Assembly: GCA_951406725.2 (NCBI GenBank)
Contig: OX597821.1
Coordinates: forward strand, 12,834,001 to 12,898,000
Direction: 5' to 3'
From: Octopus vulgaris
Lineage: Eukaryota
Length of the DNA stretch: 64,000 nt
Within the stretch, counting starts at the first letter, position 1; each line of letters starts with the position of its first letter. Both the position numbers and the translations under genes were made by a program. This document shows positions 13,365 to 25,757 of the stretch, in pieces. The notes beneath the pieces were generated by a model. That model was not told where the DNA came from, did no database searches, and saw only the letters and a list, made by a program, of their open reading frames with translations.

Positions 13365-14540
13365 AAACAGCTCTGTGTTACAGGGAACTTCAACATGAAA
13401 GGAATTGTAGACAGGCTATATTTCTCACGGAAGTTTGGTGACCGTGGTCTCATATCTGTATTGATATCATGTGAAGCACAGGTTGTGACACAGAAACAAT
13501 AACTGCAGCAAAAGAAAGAGATCAGAAACTATCTTGCCCATGTGTGTGACCGCGAACCCAACAATATAATTACGATAGCTAATAAAATTGAGGAGAGGGA
13601 TGAAATAAGAGCTGATACAGGTCTCTTCCCAAGGAGGATTGTGAAACTCTATTTACCAGAACAGAAAAAATGTCCATAGAACATAGTCTCATGGGAACAT
13701 ACTCCATGGGTACATGAACTTAAGACCCAAACCATAGCAGTGATTGATCAAGTCAAAAGACATACCACTTTGAAGGCTTCATCCATGCAATCCAAGAACT
13801 AATGCTTCATAAATTAGTCCTACAGCAAAAAAGCAGATATCGTTGACAGACAAAAGATATAGACTTTGCAAGACCACTACTAGAGACATCAACCACATTA
13901 TTGCAAACTGTGAAAGAGTGTCTTCCAAATACTGTCGTCCCATGAGGTAAAACACAGTAATCGGAATACTCTAAGACAGGTTAAAGAAAAAAAGCGAACA
14001 CACTTACAAACCAAGTTGATGATGTTGAGACCGACGCGTCAAAAAGATATTAATGGAACTAAAAAATTAAAACAGTTATCAAATTAAAATACAACCGGAC
14101 AAAGGCCGTTGTGTAGGAAAATTATGTTCTGTAGCGGAAGACAGCTGCCATCTAGACACAAGTATGGTTGTTAGAAAATTTCAAGTGAAAGAGGAGATTT
14201 ATGGACCACTGAGATAAGTAGTTTGTAAATCTAGTACTAAAGATACACTTTCAGATTCATACCTATTATTATTAGAGCAACAGAAACATACCAACCTGTT
14301 TGGAGCGAAGTATGTCTGAACTTGAGATCTTGGGGAGAGATTGCAAATCCTTTAGATATATATATATATATATATATATATAGTAGAAATATGTTACAAA
14401 AAGAAAATATATAATTCCCGTGGAAATGTAAGGGGAAAATTTTCATATTTCCCCCCTATATATATATTCTACAAATGATCACCATATCTGGAACTGCATA
14501 AATCTGCAAGTTCTTCTTCAATTTCGAAGGATGTTGGTTA
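13365..14540 (+). mobile_element. Old degraded RLE-type (R4-like) LINE fragment
   Basis: MKGIVDRLYFSRKFGDRGL (compare KSDIERLYIQRIEGGRGL at 50.2 kb), HIIANCE, IPIIIRAT, ISGTA; many stops. Confidence 0.65.
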
Positions 14541-15021
14541 AAACAAGATACTTCCCTCCACTACTTTGCTACAAAGTAGGTGGTCGGTCAAGACAGAGAG
14601 CATAAATACACGCACACATTTTTCACAAACAAATTCACTACATCCAATGTTGTTTGTTTCTTTCCATTCAAAATGTAGTTTTCGCTTCGTAATTAAAATA
14701 CAATATATTTTTCTTTCTTTCTTTCTTTCCTTCTTTCTTTCTTCTTTCTTTTCTTTTGTTTTCTTCGTTTTTTTTTATGTTGTATTATTCTTTCTCTCAA
14801 GAAGATTTTATATCCGCGAGGATTTCTTAGAATAATCTGATTTCTCATTGGTGAAAATCAAATCTAGAAACTTTTATACCAAAAGTAAATTAGCAAATTT
14901 GACATTTAAACATTTTACTTGTTATCTTTCTTTTAGTTAATGATATCCTTCACGCAATTATATTCGTTGTTGCTGTTTCTACTGTTGGTGTTATTATACT
15001 TGTTGCTGGTGTAGCTACTGC

Positions 15022-15030
15022 TACTCTCTT

Positions 15031-15061
<31 letters not shown>

Positions 15062-15067
15062 TCATCA

Positions 15068-15117
<50 letters not shown>

Positions 15118-15406
15118 ATTATTATTATTATTATTATTGTTGTTGTTGTTGTTGTTGTTACTATTATTATCATCATCATCATTGTTATTATTATTATTAT
15201 TATTATCATTATTATTATTATTATTATTATTATTGTTACTACTATCATCATCATCATTGTTATTATTATTATTATTATTATTAATATTATTATTATTATT
15301 ATTATTATTGTTACTACTATCATCATCATCATTGTTATTATTATTATTATTATTATTAATATTATTATTATTATTATTATTATTGTTACTACTATCATCA
15401 TCATCA

Positions 15407-15444
<38 letters not shown>

Positions 15445-15488
15445 GTTACTACTATCATCATTGTTATTATTATTATTATTATTATTAA

Positions 15489-15541
<53 letters not shown>
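15022..15541. repeat. (CTT)/(ATT)/(ATC) microsatellite with about 72-75-bp higher-order units
   Basis: attgttactactatcatcatc recurs four times between 15230 and 15460. Confidence 0.9.
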
Positions 15542-15543
<2 letters not shown>

Positions 15544-15884
15544 TCGTTCCGGTTAGTTTTACTGTCAGCTTTCTTGGCAAAACATTACTCGGTTCAGTAT
15601 GCTGTAGGTGTATCAAGTATTTGTATAGGCTTTTGTTGATTGTGTGTGATTTTATTGATTTTAAAATAGTGTTGATATTAAGTTAACCCTTAAGAAAGAT
15701 ATTTCAAGTGCGCAGTTGTTTTATTTGTGGATAATACCGAGATTTGCAATAGCGTTTATGTTCTACCATGTATGCTTTCATAGCAATATTCAGGCGCTTA
15801 CTATTTGGTTTTCTCAGTACAATAATAATAATAGTAATAATAATAATAATAATAATAGTAAAAATAATAATAATAATAATAATA

Positions 15885-16065
15885 ATGGTTTCAAATTTTT
15901 CGGCAAGGGCAGCCATTTTAAGGGAGGGGATAAGTCGATTAAAGTGAAACTAGTGTTTCACTGACACTTAATTTATCGACCTCCACACCAAAAGGATGAA
16001 AGGCAAAGCCGACCTCGACGGAATTTGAACTCAGAACGTAGCGACGGGGTGAAATACCGCTAAGG
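15885..16065 (-). mobile_element. SINE family B, diverged copy
   Basis: aaaggatgaaaggcaaagccgacctcgacggaatttgaactcagaacgtag. Confidence 0.75.
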
Positions 16066-16575
16066 AGTAGAAGGATAAGGAGCAAGGGAGTAGAAGAATG
16101 AGGAGGAGGAGGAGGAGAAGAAGAAGAAGAAGAAAAGGGAAGAGGAGGAGGAGGAGGAGGAGGAGGAGGAGGAGAAGAAGATGAAAAAGAAGAAGAAGAA
16201 GAAGAAGAAGAAGAAGAAGAAGAAGAAGAAGAAGAAGAAGAAGAAGAAGAAGATTATTTTGGTTAGTATCAATGCGAGATTATATAATATTAGCTCATCG
16301 AAGAAATGGTTATTGGAATTTCTTCCGGATTTTGAAGTTCTGAATTAATTAAGACACATTGTGTGATTGAAACAGCTGTAAGGGATGATGTTCGATTTGT
16401 TGTTAATAATAAAGTCTCCTTTTTCTTCTTCCTTTACATGATTATAAACTACAGTTTTCTATATACATACCAATTATTTTAAGGAAATCAGCTACACCTC
16501 AAAATATTAGATATTTCCTTCTATGACGATATCTCTTAATGAGGCTAAGATAACCCATAATAGAATTTCATATAC

Positions 16576-16882
<307 letters not shown>

Positions 16883-17634
16883 TGTATGTATGTATGTATT
16901 TATGTATATATATTAGAATATATATGTATATGTATACTTATACATGCATATATGTATAAATACATGTGTGTGTGTATATTATATGTATACTGAAGCTGCA
17001 AAATTATCACAGGTCTATTCCTCAAAGTTTCCCGTTCCCTTTCGTCACACGCTTGCTATTGAAAACTGAATTAAAATTACTTTGATACATGTAGTATAAT
17101 TTAAATAAATTTGAATTTAATTTGGTGGTTCGTTTTCAAACCATAACGGTCACCAACTGTGTGTTTGTGAGGGTATTGGAGGTTAACAGTAATTTATGCA
17201 TAAATATAAATATTCTGGTAAGATACAAATAAAATCATGCTTAGTATCGAGTAAAATCCAGAAAATAATAAATTAGTTAATTGATTATAATTGATTATAA
17301 TTTATTAATATTGAAGCGGAAACGGGAGTCGAGTGTTCACATAAAAAGCATATTCCGCTTCCTTTTGTATTCGAGTACTGTATGTTTCCACCTTGTTCTC
17401 CACTTATGTGCTCACCTGTGTGTGTGTATACATGTATGTACGCATGTATGTATGTATGTATGTATGTATGTGTGTGTGTATATATGAATGTACATATATC
17501 TTTTTTACAGATCATATACAACTGGTCGCTTTGCCGAACCCCTACGGTGGGGGGAGGGCACAGACACAAAGATAAACACACATACGCGCACCCACACACG
17601 TATGTATGTACATATATATATATACATATGTACA

Positions 17635-17826
17635 TAGTTGAAATTTATAGAAAAACAACAGACGAAGATAGGTGTATCAACAACAAGCGTCTTAGTTTGA
17701 CGCTCAAGAAAAAAAAAACAGGTATCTTACGTTTCGAGCCTACGCTCTTTAACAGAAGGGGATAAGAGAAAAGGAACAGGGGAGCATGTAAAACATATGT
17801 AGATTTCAGCGGTCCGGCATGGCGAT
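17635..17826 (-). repeat. Short dispersed repeat with hammerhead-like motif (Penelope pLTR-like)
   Basis: CTGTTAA-a-gagc-gtag-gctc-GAAA-cgta at 17721-17760. Confidence 0.6.
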
Positions 17827-17872
<46 letters not shown>

Positions 17873-17939
17873 CATATATATATACTCATATGTGTGAGCA
17901 CATATATATGTATATATGTTTGTATGTATATATATAATA

Positions 17940-18096
17940 GTCTTGTTTCAGTTTTCGTCCACCAAATTCCCTCACAAGTCTTTAGTCTACCCGTAGCCAT
18001 AGTAGAAGACACTTCTCCAAGATGCCATACAGTGGAACTTAACCTGGAAGCATGTGGTTGGAAGCAAACCTCTTACCACAGAGTCACGCCTGCGCC
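17940..18096 (-). mobile_element. SINE family A, degraded head
   Basis: ttcagttttcgtccaccaaattccctcacaag..ttaccacagagtcacgcctgcgcct aligns to family A. Confidence 0.7.
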
Positions 18097-18282
18097 TATT
18101 TTCGTCTCTCCGTTTGTTACCGTTTTTTTTCATGTTAGCTCTCAATTTTTCGCCTCTTATTCCTTACTGTCGAAGAACGTATGCTCGAAACGTAAAACAC
18201 TTTTCCATTCTTCCAGATCGTTAAACTAACACACTTGCTTGTTGCTTCCTCACCTGCCTTCGTCGTTTGTATTTTGTAAATA
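18097..18282 (+). repeat. Short dispersed repeat with hammerhead-like motif (Penelope pLTR-like)
   Basis: CTGTCGA-a-gaac-gtat-gctc-GAAA-cgta at 18161-18200; downstream cacctgccttcgtc matches the other copies. Confidence 0.55.
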
Positions 18283-18928
18283 TTATACGACAATTTCCAA
18301 CCACTTGAAAGAGATTGGAGAAACAAAACTACTTGAGAAATGGGTGCCGCACGAACTGAACGACAAACAAAAACAACGTCATTTTGAAGTGTCGTCTTCC
18401 CTTCTTTTACGCAACAAGAATGACCCGTTTATCGACCGCATTGTGATTTGTAATGATGCTTTACGACAACCGGCGACGCTCAACTCAGTGGTTGAACGCC
18501 GATGAAGCTCCACGGAACTTCCCGAAGCCAAAGTTGCATCAAAAGTGGGTCATAGTGACTGTTTGGTGGTCTGCGGCCGGTCTCATCTATCACAGCTTTT
18601 TTGATCCAGTCGAAACCATTACGGCGGAGAAGTACTGTCAGCAAATGGATGAAATGCATAAGAAACTCCGACAACAGCCACCATTGGTCAATAGAAAAGG
18701 ACCAATGCTTCAAAAACCAAGACGATGGCAAACACGCCTTCAACGACTTCATCGCCACCAGAACGCAGGATTTTTACGCTACTTGCATAAATAAACTTGT
18801 TTCGCGTTGGCAAAGGTATATTGATTCTGATGGTGTTTATTTCGATAAATAAAGTTTTCTTTGAGCCGAGATATGTGCATCTGAATTTAAAGGATGAAAA
18901 CCGTAAGAACTTTCTTGACAACCTAATA
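18283..18928 (+). mobile_element. Mariner transposase relic with internal deletion and 3' TIR
   Basis: WVPHEL, DPFIDRIV, PKPKLHQK..TVWW, ETITAEKYCQQ, KLVSRWQRYIDSDGVYFDK*. Frameshifts; YSPDL region missing. TIR-like aactttcttgacaacctaata. Confidence 0.9.
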
Positions 18929-18953
18929 CATATATGTGTGTGCGCGTGCGCGC

Positions 18954-19017
<64 letters not shown>

Positions 19018-19050
19018 GAGTAGAATGGCATGACCATACAAATGATGCAG

Positions 19051-19167
19051 TCATAGGTAGTGGCGATCATTAATTTGTACCCAAACGTAAATTTCAATGC
19101 CATAAGCAAATACTGCAGAAACAGTCACCGCAGTGACAACAGCGATGATGACAAGGCAAAGTCGCAT
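19051..19167 (-). CDS. Putative 38-aa smORF or signal-peptide first exon
   Basis: caaaATG context; MRLCLVIIAVVTAVTVSAVFAYGIEIYVWVQINDRHYL*. Basic n-region, hydrophobic core, VFA cleavage-like site; lies in non-repetitive sequence. Confidence 0.3.
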   Translation of the reverse strand: MRLCLVIIAVVTAVTVSAVFAYGIEIYVWVQINDRHYL

Positions 19168-21259
19168 TTTGACAAACGGTGAATATATGCCAATATTAAT
19201 TACCGACGTTTTTCTTTCTTGCAACACAAGGGATTGCTGCCATCGCTTTCGCTATACATATATTGCAATAAAGAACGACAGAATATGGGAATATATGTAT
19301 GTCGCAGAGATATGTTGGCAAAAATTACGATTATTTTTTTGGTCTCCAGCAAACAAGGACTAAGATCATGCATTTCTGCATGTCGAAAGTTCTTTGTTTG
19401 GTGAATTCAAGCCAGAAACAACAATGTGGTAAATATAGATCTACCATCGATTAAGATATGTCACTTAACTACTGGTTGGCGCTTCCTGTACATATATTAC
19501 TGTAACATCAAACTAACCACTGACGTTGACTCATTATTTGGTTGTGACACAATGAGGTTCACGTTATTACAACAATGTGTATCGAAACATCATTACATTC
19601 TCTCCGTCTGTCTCTTTCTGTGTCTCTCTCTATCCCCATTCTCTCTCCTTATCTATCTGTCTGTGTGTCTATCAGTATGCCTCTCTATCGTTCTGTTTAT
19701 CTTATTTTTTATTTATCTATCTTTCTCTGTACATATGTAGGGATATCAGTAGATAGAGATAACAGTGGCAAGAGATAACAGTTGTCGGAGATAGAAGTAG
19801 CTCGAAATATATAGGAAAATAAGTGACAATCACTAACTGATTTTGAAATAAGCAAAGCAGTTACTTAGAAGATATTCAATAGTAATTATACACAGAAGTA
19901 ATATTTGTTACCACATCAAAATAGCTGTGTCCAGCATTGAGAGTGGCCAAAAATTGCCCGAAATCGGACAGTCTGCTTGTTCTGCCAAGTCGCCAGAAGT
20001 TGGAAAGTGTTCGCTCCCCCGCTTGCATCGATAACCAGCTAGAGGAGGTTTACTCTTGGGGTTAAAAATGATAATAACATTGGTTCTTATGGAACTCCAT
20101 ATTGAAGTTGTGACAAAAATTACTTGTCTATATATTTATACCCAAAGTATAACTGTTTACCATTACATGTCCATGTTTAAAAACTCGTTCAGCCAGTTTG
20201 GTTTAGCGGTGGTGGTCCGAGAATGTACACACATAAACACAATATAAAATTGGGGATTTAAAACAAAATGGAATGGAAAAGGAAATCAGATATTTGGAAA
20301 ATGCGGATGGAATTACGGAAAGATGAATATATTTTTTAAAACTGCCATTCGTAAGCGTCGCATCAATGTCTTAATAAAGAGGTGATGCTTGATTTTTTTC
20401 AAATAACTTCTTTATTTTTAAGTTGCGTTACAAAGAATCTAAACCTTTATTAACGTGGATATGTTGTGAGTGTTACAAGGTATTTAGGAGGAAATAAATA
20501 TAATATGGTATTTATATCTTGCTGGCAATGTCCATGCAATATAATTGCACCAAACTGGACATGAAACCAGATGGTTTTACTCTTTTCTTTTCAGATGTAT
20601 CTTTTTCGTTGTTTTACTTGCTGTTCCTCTCATCCTATGCCCGTGTGTCTGTTTCTTCTTTCTTTCACTCCAGTCTATCGGTACATATGTCATTATTTCT
20701 TTGTCGTGTTATGCCGTCTTCAGTATCACTTAGATATCATTTGAAACTGGTTTCACTATTTCTAATTGAATATACATTGCTTTCCACGCAATTACTAACC
20801 GACGTGGAAGCCTTTAAACGGTCCGTTTATAAGTTATGTTATGATTTTCATAGACACCTCCAGGCATTTAGATTATATCTGTTGACCACGTTGGGCACGG
20901 CCCTTTTAGAGTCCCTGGAGCTAACAGGCCGACATACTTGTTTGACAGGAGTCCTCCGTCTGAAGATTTCCCCTACTGTCCGCTCATCTCGTATGGAATT
21001 TCCACTTACTAGAATTAGTTCTTTTATGACACAGCTTCTTATGCTTCATCATGGTGATTATTCTCATGTTATACATGCCACTTAAACGTACAGCCAACAA
21101 AAATTAATCTTCTCATCATGATTGTTAACCAATTGCCTAAAATTCGCGTAACTGTTATAAACATTCTGAGTATTTGAGTATGTTCTGCCACAAACTGTAA
21201 ATCCAAGTTACATTTTTTCTTTATTTACTAGTAAAAGATTTATTACACATTTGTTTCCA

Positions 21260-21512
21260 TTCTCCAGCCTCTGAACCATAGTCACTCTACGTGACTCTGT
21301 CGCTACCTTAATGGAGTCTGTTCCTGAGAGCTAGCTGGTCTCATATCTATTCACTTCTCTTCACCTCCTGACAGAATTGTTACGTTTAACAAACATCTTG
21401 GATCCCACACTAGACATTATGCTCTGTAATTTTTCTTCAAAACATTTGTATCTTCTGCCTGATCAAGATTTTTCTGCATGTGTTGGCCGGCAGCAGTTTA
21501 AATAGAATATTA
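21260..21512 (+). mobile_element. Very degraded CR1-like LINE 3' fragment
   Basis: LQPLNH..RYLNGVCS*ELAGLI..QQFK*NI resembles the CR1 C-terminus. Confidence 0.45.
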
Positions 21513-21520
21513 CAGATACC

Positions 21521-21957
21521 AGGCGCAGGAGTGGCTGTGTGGTAAGTAGCTTGTTAACCAACCACATGGTTCCGGGTTCAGTCCCACTGCGTGGCATCTT
21601 GGGCAAGTGTCTTCTGCTATAGCCCCGGGCCGACCAATGCCTTGTGAGTGGATTTGGTAGACGGAAACTGAAAGAAGCCTGTCGTATATATGTATATGTA
21701 TATATATATGTATGTGTGTGTGTGTTTGTGTGTCTGTGTTTGTCCCCCTAGCATTGCTTGACGACCGATGCTGGTGTGTTTACGTCCCCGTCACTTAGCG
21801 GTTCGGTAAAAGAGACCGATAGAATAAGTACTGGGCTTACAAAGAATAAGTCCCGGGGTCGATTTGCTCAACTAAAAAAAGGCGGTGCTCCAGTATAGCC
21901 GCAGTCAAATGACTGAAACAAATAAAAGAGTAAAAGAGTAAAAGAGTAAAAGAGAGA
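21521..21957 (+). mobile_element. SINE family A, full length (tRNA head, internal (TA)/(TG), CR1-like tail)
   Basis: A box tggctgtgtgg, B box ggttcagtccc, tail gcggtgctccag..cagtcaaatgactgaaac then (taaaagag)n; about ten copies in the window. Confidence 0.9.
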
Positions 21958-22410
21958 GATACCAGGCTCACCGGCTCCGGTGAACCAATTCTGCCAGATA
22001 CAGGAACAGCATCTAAAAACAATGCTGGCTTAAATAATTTGTTCATCAACTACATCCGTATCTTTGAAACATTCCTCTCAGGGTGTCGCAAAATCGGTTG
22101 CTTAATAACACCATAACCCCCACTTTCACCTTCCTGGGAAACTATGGATTCCGTTAGTTTTTCCATTCATATGCGTCCATTTATACCACTTGCGCTGGAT
22201 TCATGCAGACATGTGCTGCAACCTTTTAGTACATAAATCAAATTCTTACTCACCTTATATGAAAATGCACTAGTCGAAATATGCAAGTACATGCACACAC
22301 ACACACGCACATATAATATATATATTTATCTATATATCCATACGTGTGTGTGTGTGTCTGTCTATCTATCTGTCAATCTATCTATCCATCCATCCATTTA
22401 TATGTGTGTG

Positions 22411-22461
<51 letters not shown>

Positions 22462-22463
<2 letters not shown>

Positions 22464-22909
22464 TACTTAAATGTGGCTAACCACTAAGGGTGGATTCTAC
22501 TCTAGCTTATAGCCCTAAGAGAACATCTTCTCCAGCGGGCTATTGACACACTTTCTGTGCCCTATCAGTATTTGCAAAGGGAAGCTATCCCTCCCATCGT
22601 CAACCTGACGTGATACGCACGGACTTGGGTTTCTGAGTATTTACCCGTTGTCAGCGCACGATAATCACCGCCCTTCGATGCGAAGGGGTCACAATGCAAA
22701 TACATATACCAGGTCGACGATGGAAAGGATGGCTTCCCTTTGCAAATAATGATAGGGCACAAAAAGTGTGTCAATAGCCAGCTGGAAAAGATGTTCTCCT
22801 GGGGCTACAATCTACAATAGCATCCGTCCTTAGTGGTTAGCCACATTTAAGTGGCAATATATACTTCATACTGTCGTGCAGCTACTGTTTTTATCTCGTT
22901 CAGAGATTT

Positions 22910-22912
<3 letters not shown>
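22462..22912. repeat. Asymmetric fold-back element in (TA)n
   Basis: 22462-22607 pairs with about 22710-22855; unpaired terminus 22856-22912; same family as 1043-1227. Confidence 0.85.
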
Positions 22913-22981
<69 letters not shown>

Positions 22982-23062
22982 CACATTTATGTGTGTGTGT
23001 TGTGTATGTATGTATACATATATATACATGTGTGTGTGTGTGTGTGTGTGTTTGTGTGTAAA

Positions 23063-24437
23063 AGGTGCAGTGTTTATAATTGCCGCCTAAATTACGCAAA
23101 AATGAAAATAATACTGACATCTCATTTTTACAGCTGCAATCTTCTGGGCGGTCTCCTTGCTTAAGTTTGTGAATGCTACCATTGTCCTTGCCTTCAGTTC
23201 ATCTTTGGTGTTACAAAGATTTTTGTTGGTCTCTCTCTCAGCTATCCCCCATAAATAATAATGATGTGAATTGCAGTCTGGGGAGTTAGGTAGTCAGTTG
23301 TTAGGAGTAATGCGGGTGCAGAAATTGTCTGACAGCCTTGACTGGGCCATCCTGCTTGTGTGACATGATCCAGAATCCTGTTGACAGACATAGTGTCTTC
23401 CAGCAGCCACCCTCTTGGCCCAGCGTAGCACCACTTCCTCCAGGCACTTGATGTAGGCCTCTTTCTCGTGTAGGAAGACGAATGTAAACATAACGTTACC
23501 ATCACTAGTGATCATACCAAACAACATGATGTTGACTCTCGGTACGTGTTTTAGTACACGGCTAGCCAACGGTTTTTATGTGTGTTCACCATCTTATCTA
23601 CGCAGAAAATTTTCTCGTCTGAGTAAAACCAAAGCATTTTCGGTTGGACGAGACCCTTGAGCTTCATACTGCAGACATTCCTCTTGTCCCTGAAGACTTG
23701 GGATAAAAATTGGTCCTTTCATATCTTGGATGATGAATACCTATTTCTTTATTACCCACAAGGGGATAAACACAGAGGGGACAAACAAGGACAGACATAG
23801 GCATTAAGTCGATTACATCGACCCCAGTGCGTAACTGGTACTTAATTTATCGACCCCGAAAGGATGAAAGGCAATGTCAACCTCGGCGGAATTTGAACTC
23901 ACAACGTAACGCAGACGAATTACTGCTAAGCACTTCGCCCGGCGTGCTAACGTTACTCGCCGTCTTATGCATAATGAATACCGAATGTCTTCATGCACTC
24001 TCTGTCCCACACGAAATTCAAACACCCCTATATCCCTGGCGATGGACCTGATTAACTTAGAGGAATGGTTGTCAATCATCACCGACAAATGCAAGAGTTC
24101 GTTTCTCATCACAACGATCAGAATAAGTTTTCCGAGCTGCCGTACCTTCGTAAACGCAGTTAGACTCATCCAACTCTTTCCAAATCCCCTGCACTGTCCT
24201 CAGACTGACACCAAAACATTCCGAAATGTTTGTACTGGAAACTTTCGGCGCGAATACCAAGCAGTACTGCATGTCGGTTCCAAATGCTTGGAAGAGTGAA
24301 TTGTGACATGGTGCTGTTTTTCTCACAGACGATGCCCACATGACCCTACTATACTGTGCAGTCGACAAAATCAAAAATACTCAAGCGCATACGCGACATT
24401 GAAAATAAAAAATAGCAACAATTTACTCATCGCACAT
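23063..24437 (-). mobile_element. Degraded Tc1/mariner DD37D (maT-like) transposon
   Basis: MLFGMITSDGNVM..YIKCLEEVVLRW..AGRHYVCQQDSGSCHTS..PNSPDCN; HTH remnant ISECFGVSLRTVQGIWKEL; TIR-like end 24408-24437. Left end uncertain; subfamily inferred from motif similarity. Confidence 0.8.
23743..23965 (-). mobile_element. SINE family B inserted into the DD37D element
   Basis: Full family B body; atgaatacc present on both sides (TSD-like). Confidence 0.85.
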
Positions 24438-24575
24438 GTATATACACATAGATATACACATATATATACACATATATATACACGCTCAAATGTGCGATGA
24501 GTAAATTGTTGCTATTTTTGTTTATTATGTTGTATATATATATATATTTACATAAAAAAATATATATATTTACAT

Positions 24576-24631
<56 letters not shown>

Positions 24632-25471
24632 TGTATGTATGTATGTATGTATGTATGCATGTCTGTCTGTGTGTATGTATGTCTGTACGTATGTAAATAT
24701 AAGGTTAAACTTGCATATCATGCCATTCTACCATCATAACCTGCTGCTAAACGAAATGGTCTTCTTCCATAAATCTATTCACAATTCTCAAGCTCGGGTC
24801 GTAAAATGTTTAGGAAGTTGAGATCACACCCGAAATCAAAGTTGAGTATTCCTTAGATCTTTATGTTTAAATATTTAGAAATGTTTATACAACCAGATAA
24901 TAAAATATATAGTTAGAAAAATTATTTTTTCCAAATATATTGATAGATATATTTAATAGAAGGAAAGTCACCTCGTAACAAATTTGATTAACAATTTTAT
25001 TAATTTACAGAAGCATAAAATTTTAGAAGTATTAAATATATACATATGCGTGCGAAAATGTGTGTATGTTTGTATACACGCATATTTCACACACATACAA
25101 CATATTAAGTGTGCGTGAGTGTATTTGTGTGTGAGTGTATGTGTACGAGCGTAATCTCTAATAGCAGAATATGTGTAGGATTGTAAATATCTAATGAAAT
25201 GAATCAGTATCTACATAAACATATTTACTCTGGTAGGCGCATTCCTCTCTCTCTGTCTCATTCTCTCTTTCTCGCTCTCACACACACACTCCCTCTCTCA
25301 GATTGTGTGTGTATATATATGTTTGCACGTGTGTATATGTGTGTATAACTGCATGCACACATACACGATATGTATAGATATGTATAAACTAATCTATACG
25401 AAAGTGCCGATATATATTGTATATTACATTATATTATATCACATTGCATTATATTATAAATATGCATAATA

Positions 25472-25532
<61 letters not shown>

Positions 25533-25547
25533 TTAATAATAATAATA

Positions 25548-25582
<35 letters not shown>

Positions 25583-25617
25583 TGATAAATAATTACAACA
25601 ACAACAACAACAACAAC

Positions 25618-25653
<36 letters not shown>

Positions 25654-25697
25654 TAATAATAATGATGATAAATAATAACAACAACAACAACAACAAC

Positions 25698-25757
<60 letters not shown>

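Noticed and set aside
20519-21085. 188-aa ORF
   Set aside because: Non-ATG start and T-rich composition; DVEAFKRSV may be a decayed CR1 end. No gene evidence.
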